This document shows, one piece after another, positions 12,277 to 23,235 of a stretch of 64,000 nucleotides of DNA. The translations under genes were made by a program, and so were the position numbers. The notes beneath the pieces were generated by a model that saw nothing but the letters and a program-made list of their open reading frames with translations, was not told where the DNA came from and did no database searches. The stretch lies in assembly GCA_051362555.1 (NCBI GenBank), contig CM120640.1:11098001-11162000 (forward strand), given 5' to 3'. Position 1 is the stretch's first letter, and each line of letters begins with the position of its first letter. The stretch comes from Lingula anatina (taxonomy: Eukaryota > Animalia > Brachiopoda).

Positions 12277-14938
12277 AACACTGCCCTCCATTTCCAACCC
12301 CTCTTTCATTGCATGTAAGAAAAGAATATCAAATTTGTTGCTCTGAAATTTGACGACAAGGGCTTTCTGTTATCGCCCTCGAACGGAGCTTTTTAACTGT
12401 CACATAGAATTACCGAGGCGATCGACAAGAACAAACTCTGTGCAGAAATCGGAAATCTCTTTCTGTGGAGTTATATCAATTTTCTGGATGTCTGAATTTT
12501 CGCCGCAAAACCATCTCTCTGCAGTGGGTATCACTGCTTAATCAAATCAATTAGTTGGGCGTTCGATTTCGGAAAGCGTCGTTGCGATTATTTCATTTCG
12601 GTATGGCTGAAGTTACAGGTGGGGGGATCTCTACCTAAGGCATTGTAAACTGAGAAAGTACGAAAGGAAATCACTGCAGTATAGATTCTAGAAAAGCACA
12701 TTTTAGTGCGGATTAATTTTATCTCTCGTCCAGCTGTCGGCTAAATTCCTATCCCATCCCTCAGAGCCAGTATGTGGGTCTAGTTAATAGATGATAGGCT
12801 GCGACAGCATATCGCTCAATTTAAGGATATGTCGTCATATTATCTTCACAAATTTGATGGATGAGAGCTGTTTTTTTGCACGACCGTATCAAGGCTTGTC
12901 TGCTTCGGTGAGCATATTTCACAGCAAATGTTTGCAATAAACTTGTTTTATTTCTATCTCCTGCGCGCTCAGCGTGATGGGTATATGATGTAGTATTTCA
13001 ATTTTAGGGTCTCTCCCTATATTTGCCATATTTTTGTGAATTGTGCCGACGAGAAAAAGAAAGCAATGGGCGGTGCGGTGTAATAGGAAACACAAACATG
13101 ATATTTGCTTTAGCACACTTTCAATTTAAGACAAGAATGTGCTTTATTACTAAACCAGGCTGGGGTGCTGCTCTACTATGTGTCTCCAAGCGCCCTAGGG
13201 CCAACAGTTGGTTTTGTGGTATTTGGTAATGATTACATTTAGGCAAGAATAAAGATCTTAAAGCTATCTTAATTTGTTTTCCACAATAAACATGTTTGTG
13301 GAGGATCTTTTCTTGAAAAGAAACAACAAAGGTGCGGGGACGGACAATACATCTAATCCACTTATTACAGTAGCAATATTATTTGGAAAAAATTTCCATC
13401 CGTCCCTTTCTCTGCGGTCTTTTTTGTTGTTGTGTCGCAGTTTATTCATAAATCCTAACTTTGATCTCTTAGATACACAATGTAGATTGTCAAAGCGGAG
13501 TAGAGGAACTTTGATGAATCTTCCCGACTCAAAGCCTCGGGGCTGGAAACACACTGCAAGTAGACGGTCGGATGCCAAGTGGATGCAATTTATTGCAGTC
13601 ACTCCGGGTAATCGCTCTCCGGGCCAAAGGAACAGATTGCTTTCATTTTCTCCCTAAAGGTTAACCAGCCGTCCATCCTCAGCAGCTACCATGAAATATT
13701 CTAGAATGTTAAGGTCGATTAAATCAAGAGGAACACGTCAAATACAATGTTCATCTTTTGCGTATGATATTGAATTACTTACATTCTTACTTTGTTTATT
13801 ATCAACGCATATCAGAAACGGGGGAACATAGATGATTTTTTATATCTCTATGGTGGAATTACATTGGAATTTTCACTAAAAAAACAAATTTCTTTTTCTG
13901 ATTTTAATGTCCAAGATAACTGCAGAGGAATGTCACTTTGCGATTTTCTTTCTTTTTTTCCCTATTCGATCGACTTAAATTGCCCATCACCAGACCCGTT
14001 TTTACGAAACTACACATCCATTTGCACCGTTAAACCCTGGCCAGGGACGTCATGTACCCCATAAAGCCCTAACCTTTCACTCATTGCCCCTTCACATGCG
14101 AAAAGAAAATGAAATTCTGGTCGAGATTAAGACCGTGGCGCATGCAAAATACTCACTAGAACATATGGGGATGAATTTTATCATTCATGATATCTGAATT
14201 AGCGGCCGAAGTAAGACGGGCATTAAATGAATCACGGCAAGTGGATCAATTACAATTATGCTCCTCCGCGAATCATAACACATCTAAAACTAAATTAGCT
14301 GATATACGCCTGGGTGTTAACAGTGCCCGTTTGTTTTAGCTGTATGTTGAAATCTACACACAAGATAAGAGCAAAGAACTTAAGAAAATGCGTCTTTGAT
14401 ATTGGATTTCTGTAATTGGATCTGCTTATGCTTTATACATCCACGAAGCTGTGGATATGGTTCTGTCGTCTGTAATAATCATTTAAGTAACTTAAAGACT
14501 GAAAATTGACCATATAAAGAGACTCAATTTTGTTTCATTTTGTTTTATTTATTTATTTATTTGTGGAGGGAGGGTATAAAAGAAATGATATTATTTTGAA
14601 ATATTGTGATGCATGCAAAAAAAAAAGAATATCCCATATTTTGTTCTCCATTCTTCCTCAATCAGCATACAAACATTTCAGCTCTCAATCATACCTACCC
14701 GCAGCCAAACAAAAATTACATTTTAGATGAAGACCACAAGTACTCGGCCATGACTGACTTAGCTCTTCCACGATAAGAACAATCCGATCAACTTCCCATA
14801 TCACAAACAGTATTTGTTTTTCTTCGGTCTTAAAGGAAGGGTTAATAAGCACACTGATATCTAAATTTGTGATTAGTCACAGCACTGGCTGCATGTCCTC
14901 TAATAATGTTGGGTCTACAGAAATGATAAACCAAAAAT

Positions 14939-14941
<3 letters not shown>

Positions 14942-14991
<50 letters not shown>
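14942..14991. repeat. (AT)n microsatellite
   Basis: Direct reading. Confidence 0.95.
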
Positions 14992-14993
<2 letters not shown>

Positions 14994-15617
14994 GCAGGTA
15001 ATCCCTCACAGCCAGTTGCGCGTTGACACGGAGTTTTGTTTTGTCAGCACTTATCAGATGCTGATAGTTCAGTTCACCGGGTTTATCATCGACTGGCGCA
15101 AACTGTTTTTTAATGTTAGAACAGTGCTTTGTTGAATGTCAACTACGGGTGTGTACGTGCAATTTTGCAAGATAAATCAAACTATCGGAGACATCCACAT
15201 CAGCTTGACAAGATTATGACGGAATGCATTGCTCCTTGGTCTATTCGAACAAAGATCTTATCGGTGTAACAGCAAGATTGCATGTACATGAGTGAAGATG
15301 TCCCTCTAGAAGTATTAATGGATAGCATATTATTAACACCTCGCCCATTTCTGAGCAGTGGGAGACGTCAAAAGTGATCCCAAGGGTTAACCCTCTGTCA
15401 GCATTTCATATCGTCATTTTCTATCTTCATATTCCCACATGAAATGAGAGTCAGTCACGCAGCGGGGAAATATGACAGGGATCATATTGTACATTATAGT
15501 TCTAGTCGCGTAGAAAGAGAACAAGCCAAAGGCAGTGGTTACGTAGTTAAACATTTAAATATATACGATCTCAAGTGTTGCAGTTTGCTTTGTCCCTTTA
15601 ATTAAAACATGATTCAG

Positions 15618-15648
15618 ATGATGATTATCATCATCATCATCATCATCA
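15618..15648. repeat. (GAT)/(CAT)n trinucleotide repeat
   Basis: Direct reading. Confidence 0.85.
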
Positions 15649-18600
15649 ACGGCATGAGGGCGAATGAAAAAGATTACCAAACGAACGACAAGAAGAAAGA
15701 AAATATACAGTGAGAACTATATTGTGCATTATAGGCATTATAAACAAGCCTAGTGACTAAAATCCAAGCTCCGTCAAATATTGCATACCAGATTGTTCTC
15801 ATTTATGAGAGAGAAAATTAAACCTTCGAGACATAATGCAAGTTATATGTAGCGGAGACACAGGCGTAATATAATCATATATGGTGAATATAACGTGTGC
15901 GCACGTTTTTCCTATTTGCTAAAAAGCATTCATTTTGTTGGGCCATAATTGCGCTGACATGTCGAGCATTTTGGCAACGTCTGCTGCAAAATATTTAGTA
16001 ACATATTGCAGACGACTTATTCAGTTCTAGTAGCTTAGTCATATAGATTCTAACAGATCCATATATTTATCATTAGTTAAGTATGATGAGTTGAAATGAG
16101 TATAGAAGGAGACACGGCATGTCTATAACAGAAGGTAAATGCATTCTTTAGACTATTTGACATTCCTCTCACGTGCGTGCTTTTTAGATTTTATCTTAAA
16201 TACAGCCGATTTGATCACATTTGGGAGTTGGAACCACCTTGTGACCCGAGGTGCACTTTGTTGATAAGTCAAAATGGTAAAAGTGCCATCAGTTTCGAAA
16301 AACAAAATGAGTAGGCTTTTAAGCATGGTTTTTCTTTTATTTCACGCGAACAAAAAAAAAAAAAAAAAAAAAACTTTTTGAAACACGTGAACACATTTTA
16401 AAGACAGGCAATGTGCGTCTCAGGTTCGAATCCGTGCTACAAACTATGTACTCAGCAGATGCTAATGTATTTCTATAATATTCACACGTATGTAGTACTA
16501 CATATACTTCTCAAAAAAACAGTAAAGGTATGCTGGTTCGTTTTACATCAAACAGACTCAGAATATGCGACGTGCCAAGCACGCTACGGGCCTCGGATGG
16601 AATTTTCTGCAAATTACCCCTTCTACTTTACGCTACTATTAAAGATCAATCCATGTTCTTTGAAAAAAAATCAATTTTGTTGAGTTTTTTGTCTCTTGAC
16701 AGAGTAGCATTTTGGCAAGTTCAATCTCTTCCCACAGTTAATCAAAGTTGATGAAAAACGCAGTCTAGTGATATCTTCAGAAAATTGTAAACAGCTAACA
16801 CAACTGATCAACATGCCCGTTAGAATGTTGTAAGTTAAATCTCGTAGTTTGTGCTCTACTCGGTCAACGTGAACCTCACGTCGCTCAAACACTGCAGAGT
16901 TTGGCAGACGCGCCGTTTTGAGTAGACCCCCTGGGTCGACATTGCAGGATATTACACCGCAAAGATGCCCGACATCAGTTCTAACGCAAAGCTGATCGCG
17001 ACCATATTATGGAAGATATGACGTCCTATAAAAACATGAAAAAAAGAAGGAAATTCACACCAGAACAGGATATTCGATCACAAATTATTAACACTTTAAT
17101 GCATTTATGAAATCAGGAAACTAAATTGATTTTTCTTCGTCCTTTTTGAAGTTAAAAGCTTTTCTGCAAAATTACAACAAAGAATGTATTCAGTTTTTAT
17201 GGAAAACGCATCACATCAGTCAGATGTGTTCATTGTGCCCGGTACAAGTTATTAGAGACACCGGGGACTCGCATTCCTCTTCTCTTTGGTATTATCTCTC
17301 CAATAAAACTCGACCTCTGACCTCTTATCATTTAGTTGTAAGCTTCTCAAATCAAGAACCGATATGCCACTCACGCTGCAGTGTATTTCAAACCCCGCCA
17401 TTGAGACTACTTAGACAAAATGGCCCAACAAGAAAACTTCTAAACTGATAACAGCATGACGCGCTAGATATTTCCGATGAGAACACAATAGAAGGATTTA
17501 ATCCGGTTTAGCAATGGTGTTGATAACAGGGAATTAAGACTTCGAGGAGCGACTAAGTACAGTAAACTACATGGAGTTGGAAGTGCGCACACATACACAA
17601 TCAAACACTACCCGGGCATGCTTTCTACCCCAGCTCATTATCAAACTTAGAAAAAGCCCCGCCAAACGTCGTTAACACAAATTTCCTGCGTTGGAACAGA
17701 TCAGCGACGGGTGGTAGATATGAAATGGATTTCTCCGTGCCAAATTTAATTGATTTACTATATCTTTGGGTCTCTTCCTACGCACGGAAACGGAAGAACT
17801 GCTGCACACTACATATTTACAAAGCGAAATTTAGACTTGGGAAGTTTCATCTACATTGCACGAATCTTTAAAGGGAAAACGGTACATATGGTGGGAAAAC
17901 GCGCGCGCAGCAGCGCGGGCCTCGACCTACGTAATCGTGTCAGTTAGCGGACCGACTGCGTTATTCAGATAAAGCACAGATGTTGTCAGTACTATGCTGA
18001 GTACAAAACACGTGTGATTAGAGGCGCATCGAGTGGGGGTCTAAAGCTTTAGCACTGAAGTGTTACACAAAGCACAACACAAACTACAACCTTGTTTTCT
18101 TTCCTTTAAACCAGGTGGCCGGCGTTACAACTGATGCAAAATGAAGCAACAACAACTTGTGAAAGCCCATTGTGACAAATATATCGAGCGTTTTATTATA
18201 ATTTTCGATCCAAACGGCCGAGTGATTGAAATCAAAAACACCAGCTTAACTGCTTTGTTACAAAATTACAACTCCACATTTTATGTTACAAACGTGAAAT
18301 AAAAGTTCCCTTACTTACTAATCGATTCAGTATTGCGTTTGAAGCATGGACTCCCATGTTTCATTATTAGTGACGTGCGAATTAACACAAGGTGAGCATT
18401 TTAAGTACTATCCCAACCCTGCACGATATTTCTAAATATAAATAAAAGTAAAAAGGATTACTGTGCACAATTTTGTTCACCTTTGTTCTAATGATCACTC
18501 AAAAACGATCTAAATTATCAGTACGGGTGGCAAATGCAGGTTTCCGGAAGTGAAAAAAAAAAAGGATGCGCGATTATTGGCATCGTTAGTAAACTGCAAC

Positions 18601-19626
18601 TATAGCACCAGCAGAACGAGTCTTGCAAAAATTTCTGCAGACCTAAAATAAAAATAAACAAACGGCAAGAATATGTGAACCACTACAATGTTAAAGTATC
18701 TGTTTGACATCTCAGAGTAATAGAGTTCATATGAAGACTTCCATCATCAATCAGCCGCGCTTCACCTTGTGACAGCTGGCTGCCGTAGCATTTAGGTCAG
18801 AAAAATATCATCTGCCTATAGTTCTATGATCAACAAAACATTCAACTCAAATAGAAGACTAAGGAAAATCCATTCCCTTTGATATCCTTCCACTTCAATA
18901 GAAATTCCCCATTTAAAGATCAAGGGCGATTGGTCCCGGTGCAGATAATTCTTTCAAGTTTCCTGATTTTTATCGAGAGGCACCAGACGTTATCTTTCAG
19001 TACCTGATCCAAAACGGCAGACTTTTGGATCTCTATGTCGAAACTGAATAAATTTGCTGTGTTTATACAACACACTTTAACAATACCCCATCTAATTAAA
19101 CTCATACGGGCTCTCCTTTCCGGCTAGTGCACATGAATTACCTGTATGGCACGGTGGGACAAAGCAAACAAAAGAACGAACTAAATGCACAGGGACCGAC
19201 CCCCACTTTATGGGTACCTTCCAAATAAATTAGTATCTGTGCTCACATAGAAGTCTTATCACTCATCTTCCAGGATGAACCGGAGAATTCCAAGGCTTTG
19301 ATTACGTTTAAGTACAAACAATCTAGCCGATTGTTAACTGCCTTGAGTTCTCTGTAGTACAAAGCCTATTGTAATCAGGTATCCATTTGCAATTACTCTG
19401 CAAACGGGCTGCGGATTACCACTTAAAGTCAACACTTATCACACAAAAGCTATTTTAACTGTAGCTCTCCTCGCTTATTCATTGCACAATTTTGTAAACC
19501 AGGAAAATTCAACAACTCTGTTGAAGTTGGGGTTAAATAAAAATAAAGTCTCTCTTAACTTAAAGGATTTTGGCCACTTGAACGGCAGTATGATCATACT
19601 TCAAAGCTTTCCACAGCCCCTCAGTA

Positions 19627-21492
19627 TCACACCCTGACCCCCACTACGTCCTTGTCTTTCTGACCCGCGGGGACCATTTTAACTACAGTGGCTTGTTGAG
19701 GTGCTGGGTATGCCATCACCACGGTTGGACTGGGAACGTTTGTGGTGGACTTTCGTGGAGAAAATCTCCTTGAGCAAAACATTTTCCATGAGTTTATCGT
19801 CTTCCCTGTCCATATCCACATCCCGCTGGTGATGCCAACAATTAGAGACATGAAGATTTTGAGCATGTAAACTTCCACTGTAGGAATGGAGGCTTCTAAA
19901 CTACAGTCTTGTGCTCCAGACTCTGTTTCTTTACATGGTCTGGCCATTGCTATTTGTCTCCAAGCATCAGCATTTAGCTGCTCATAGAATAAACACCCAA
20001 CCACACAGGTGGCTGGCACAGTATATAACACAGAAAAGATTCCTATTTTTGCCATGAGTTTTTCTAGTTTTCTGAGGTTCTGTCCCCCATTGTTTTTCAA
20101 ATTTTTCCTGATGTGCACCATGGCAACAAACCCGGCTAATATAAATGCTGTTCCAAGGAGGAGATAAGTAAACAGTGGAGCTAGAACAAATGCAGTTAAT
20201 GCTGTCTTATCTTGATGTCCAACATAGCATAATCCAGTCAGCTCATCCCCATCGACACGCCTCATTGTGAGGATAATAATGGTCTTGATGGCTGGGATGG
20301 CCCAGGCGGCAAGATGAAAATAACTACTCAGAGCCTCTATTGCTTCCTCTCCCCACTTCCTCCCCGCAGCCAAAAACCATGTTACTGTCAGAATCACCCA
20401 CCAAATCGAACTGGCCATACCAAAAAAATAAAGAATCAAGAAAACGACGATGCACCAAGTGCTTTCAAGACCCTCTTGAATTAAGAAGTCTCCTTTCTTG
20501 CTATGATCACAAGAGATTGGGTCAGCTCCAATGCTGGCCCGTATTATATAGGCTGTGGAATAAATCAAGTAACACACAGACAAGAAGATGATGGGTCTTT
20601 CTGGGTACTTGAATCTTGATGTGTCTATGATATATGTGAACACTGTAATTAGGGTAGAAAGTGAGCATAACGAGGCCCAGATTGTCATCCATATAAATGC
20701 AAATTCTTTGTCACTATGTCGGAAATATACATCTATGTTACACTTGGGTGCACATGTATCATTTTCTCCTTGTTTACTGATATGTAAAAATCTATCCGTA
20801 CATGTCAGCTGTCCCTTTTCACCGACCACCCCATAACTGGGGTCATCTTTGGGTATTTTGACAGTGCTTGGAACAGTTGTAGTTGTGGTTGTTCTTTCTT
20901 TAAGGAATTCCTGTAATTTGTCCCATCCTGTGTTGTCCCATGGGCTCTGTGAAATACCAATGCCCGCAGGTAAACGGTCCAAATCAATAGGGTGTTTATC
21001 ACGTTCAGCTTCACTTGGAATTTCCATATCTTTTGGAGCTTCCATACAAAGTTTTCCCTTTTTGTCAGGGAAATTTGAACAGTTTAACATACTTGGCCAA
21101 TTGAAGTTGAATCGATGTAGTACTGGCTCGCATTTTTCTTTCACTTTTTGACACATAGTCCTACATGGGGGTATTACCAGTATCTCATCGACTTGTTCGG
21201 TGCACATAGGCGCATGAAGCGAACACAGAAAAAACTTTAATAAACTCGTGCTCAGTCCTGTACATCCTATTTGAATCAATGGAATAAACTCCTGTACCCG
21301 CAAGCCCGCCTCATCTTGAGTCCTATGTCCCACGATATTTGGCATACTGGTCATGTTATATTTCATGTCGGAACAGAAGGTGATGGCTATACGCTCACAC
21401 CGCTCGTGAGCTGTGTGAAAGTCCTGATATCCCTGGCCCAGCACCGCAGTACTTATGGTGCTTAACACCACTATCCATCTCCACAGGGCCAT
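19627..21492 (-). CDS. FZD9/10: Frizzled-9/10 Wnt receptor, single coding exon, 621 aa
   Basis: Signal peptide, then a 10-Cys CRD (CERIAITFC...YNMTSMPN...FFLCSLHAPMCTEQV...CMEAP; the MCTEQV and LCMEAP segments are Fz9/10-type). Seven TM helices with RFKYPERPIIFLS, YFFGMASSIWWV, YFHLAAWAIPA and KLEKLMAKIGIFSVLYTVPA. Dishevelled-binding KTxxxW (KTINSW) at 19786-19803. C-terminus ends ...GVRV. Confidence 0.97.
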   Translation of the reverse strand: MALWRWIVVLSTISTAVLGQGYQDFHTAHERCERIAITFCSDMKYNMTSMPNIVGHRTQDEAGLRVQEFIPLIQIGCTGLSTSLLKFFLCSLHAPMCTEQVDEILVIPPCRTMCQKVKEKCEPVLHRFNFNWPSMLNCSNFPDKKGKLCMEAPKDMEIPSEAERDKHPIDLDRLPAGIGISQSPWDNTGWDKLQEFLKERTTTTTTVPSTVKIPKDDPSYGVVGEKGQLTCTDRFLHISKQGENDTCAPKCNIDVYFRHSDKEFAFIWMTIWASLCSLSTLITVFTYIIDTSRFKYPERPIIFLSVCYLIYSTAYIIRASIGADPISCDHSKKGDFLIQEGLESTWCIVVFLILYFFGMASSIWWVILTVTWFLAAGRKWGEEAIEALSSYFHLAAWAIPAIKTIIILTMRRVDGDELTGLCYVGHQDKTALTAFVLAPLFTYLLLGTAFILAGFVAMVHIRKNLKNNGGQNLRKLEKLMAKIGIFSVLYTVPATCVVGCLFYEQLNADAWRQIAMARPCKETESGAQDCSLEASIPTVEVYMLKIFMSLIVGITSGMWIWTGKTINSWKMFCSRRFSPRKSTTNVPSPTVVMAYPAPQQATVVKMVPAGQKDKDVVGVRV

Positions 21493-21634
21493 AGTAAAGC
21501 TCTGGGAGTCGCAGAATCCTCTTAAACAGCACTCGGTAAGAGTCTCCTGCGGCGTGCTCCTTCGCTAGGGTAAACAGCTCTTCAGCTGGAAAGACTTCAG
21601 CACTCGACTGCGTGAAGGCTGCTAGTATCACCGC

Positions 21635-21712
21635 TTAACTCAATGTTGAATGATCAATACGCCAACAACAGGTTCGAATAATAAATCTATATAAGATTCT
21701 TTTCACACACAT
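21635..21712 (-). other. Upstream ORF (25 aa, MCVKRILYRFIIRTCCWRIDHSTLS*) in the predicted Fz 5' UTR
   Basis: This is the only ATG I found between the TATA-implied TSS (~21765) and the Fz start codon. It ends at TAA 21635-21637. Confidence 0.4.
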
Positions 21713-21790
21713 CAAATGTGTACAAATATCGATTATGAAGCGGAAGGCTTTGACACTTTGAATAGTAACACGATCCGGGTTTTTGTGCGC

Positions 21791-21798
21791 TTTTTATA
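21791..21798 (-). promoter_or_regulatory. TATA box (TATAAAAA) of the Frizzled gene
   Basis: Minus strand reads ACTATAAAAAGCGC about 300 bp upstream of the Fz ATG, within CpG-rich sequence. Confidence 0.55.
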
Positions 21799-23149
21799 GT
21801 ACTATTTTGCGAGCAATCAGCGTGTCGTCCGTATTCCTCCGCTCGGTAGGCGGAATGTTTTGCTCACTTTGAACCAACCGCACGAGCATCCAGCCATGTC
21901 AATCACCCCGCAGGCCCAGTAATGGGATACCCTTACTTTAATACAATGACAATCAGCCTTCAGCATAGCAAGAAAAAGAAAAAATACAAACTGCATTTAA
22001 CTGGGTTTCGCTTGATCTCCACCAACAATTTATCTTTATTATCTTTTCTTTAACATCTTCCAATTATGCGATTCTCCTGTCTAGATGCTTTGCCAGCATG
22101 GTTGAGGCAAGCTACTCTAAAAGATTGCCCTCTTTGATAAACAGCCATTGGAAAGTCGTTTACCATTTTGATGCTATAAATCAACATGTTGGTGTCATAT
22201 TTTCTGGTCACTAACGTTGAACAAGCCTCAAAAATTATAGACCAATTACGTAATTCCGCAGAATACTTATCATGGACACACAATATCCCCGTTTTGATTT
22301 CAGCACGTAATGGCCATTACTGATATGTGGAAGCGTCACTGTCCGTTCTTATGGCTTTGTGCATGTGCCTACCAGCCTTGTGATATTTTTACTTAGAAAT
22401 ATTTAGAATTGAAATGTAATAAATATTTAGGTAGGCCCTATTATCAGAATTGTAAGGGGTGTGTTGCGGATGTCACAGCTTCATTTTTTTGTGGTTAGCA
22501 TGTAGGTGTGAGAGGATTAGAAAAAACGAAGGGAGGGGCTATAACAGAATGAAAGGGGACTGATGAAGGCCAGCAAAGAAACTAGTTTTAGTTAAACAAG
22601 TTATATAGAAAATTAAAGGGGGACTTCTGCATTAAACAAGGTTCACCGTTATTAATTTACCAAAATGAGTCCATCAACTTATATGCAGGTACTAACTATC
22701 CCCCCTCTTAGATATGTACCAGTAGTTAGTTATTACACAATGAAATGCTATATGAAACTCTTCTCCCATTTTTTTTTTTTTTTGCTTTGCATTTTCAAAA
22801 ACCTTCTATTTATTTATTTATTTATTTATTTATTTATTGAAAATTGAAATTGCATTATTAGACAATAAAACAAGTGCACAACAAGAGGGAAAGCTATCCC
22901 ATACTGGATAACATTGCAAATAATTATATATCGATGATTGAATGTAATATAACCAATATTATCCCTTTCAGTAAAAGGGGTTAGCAAACACATTGGCACT
23001 TATATAATAAGAATTACTTAAAGTTTAAATGTATGGGGTCGACAAAACTTGGGAATCCTTTTAACATTATCTAAAGTGTAATTCTGGATGAAAATCTATA
23101 CACAACCTGGGTTCATTTTCGAAGATTTTTCGATTTACTACCCTTTGAA

Positions 23150-23235
23150 GCCTTCGTACTTTCAATGTTGTTGCCGAACTGTCATACGAGCACGCGTAAG
23201 TGACCTAGTTCTGTTGTTAGACGACATGTTGACAG
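23150..23235 (+). promoter_or_regulatory. Candidate non-coding first exon of ANKRD6
   Basis: Consensus donor GACAG|GTGAGT at 23235/23236 within a CpG-rich patch, after which the DNA becomes CpG-poor like a methylated gene body. The start coordinate is approximate. Confidence 0.5.

Noticed and set aside
13264-13657. Overlapping 112-aa and 127-aa ORFs on opposite strands
   Set aside because: No domain similarity or convincing splice context. Longer chance ORFs are expected in this locally GC-richer region.
16380-16450. Possible tRNA gene around GGTTCGAATCC
   Set aside because: No A-box/D-arm, acceptor stem or anticodon arm could be folded. Kept only as a lone B-box.
20340-21631. Several 64-100 aa ORFs overlapping Frizzled on the opposite strand or in other frames
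   Set aside because: These are shadows of the Fz CDS with no recognisable motifs, and several start at non-ATG codons.
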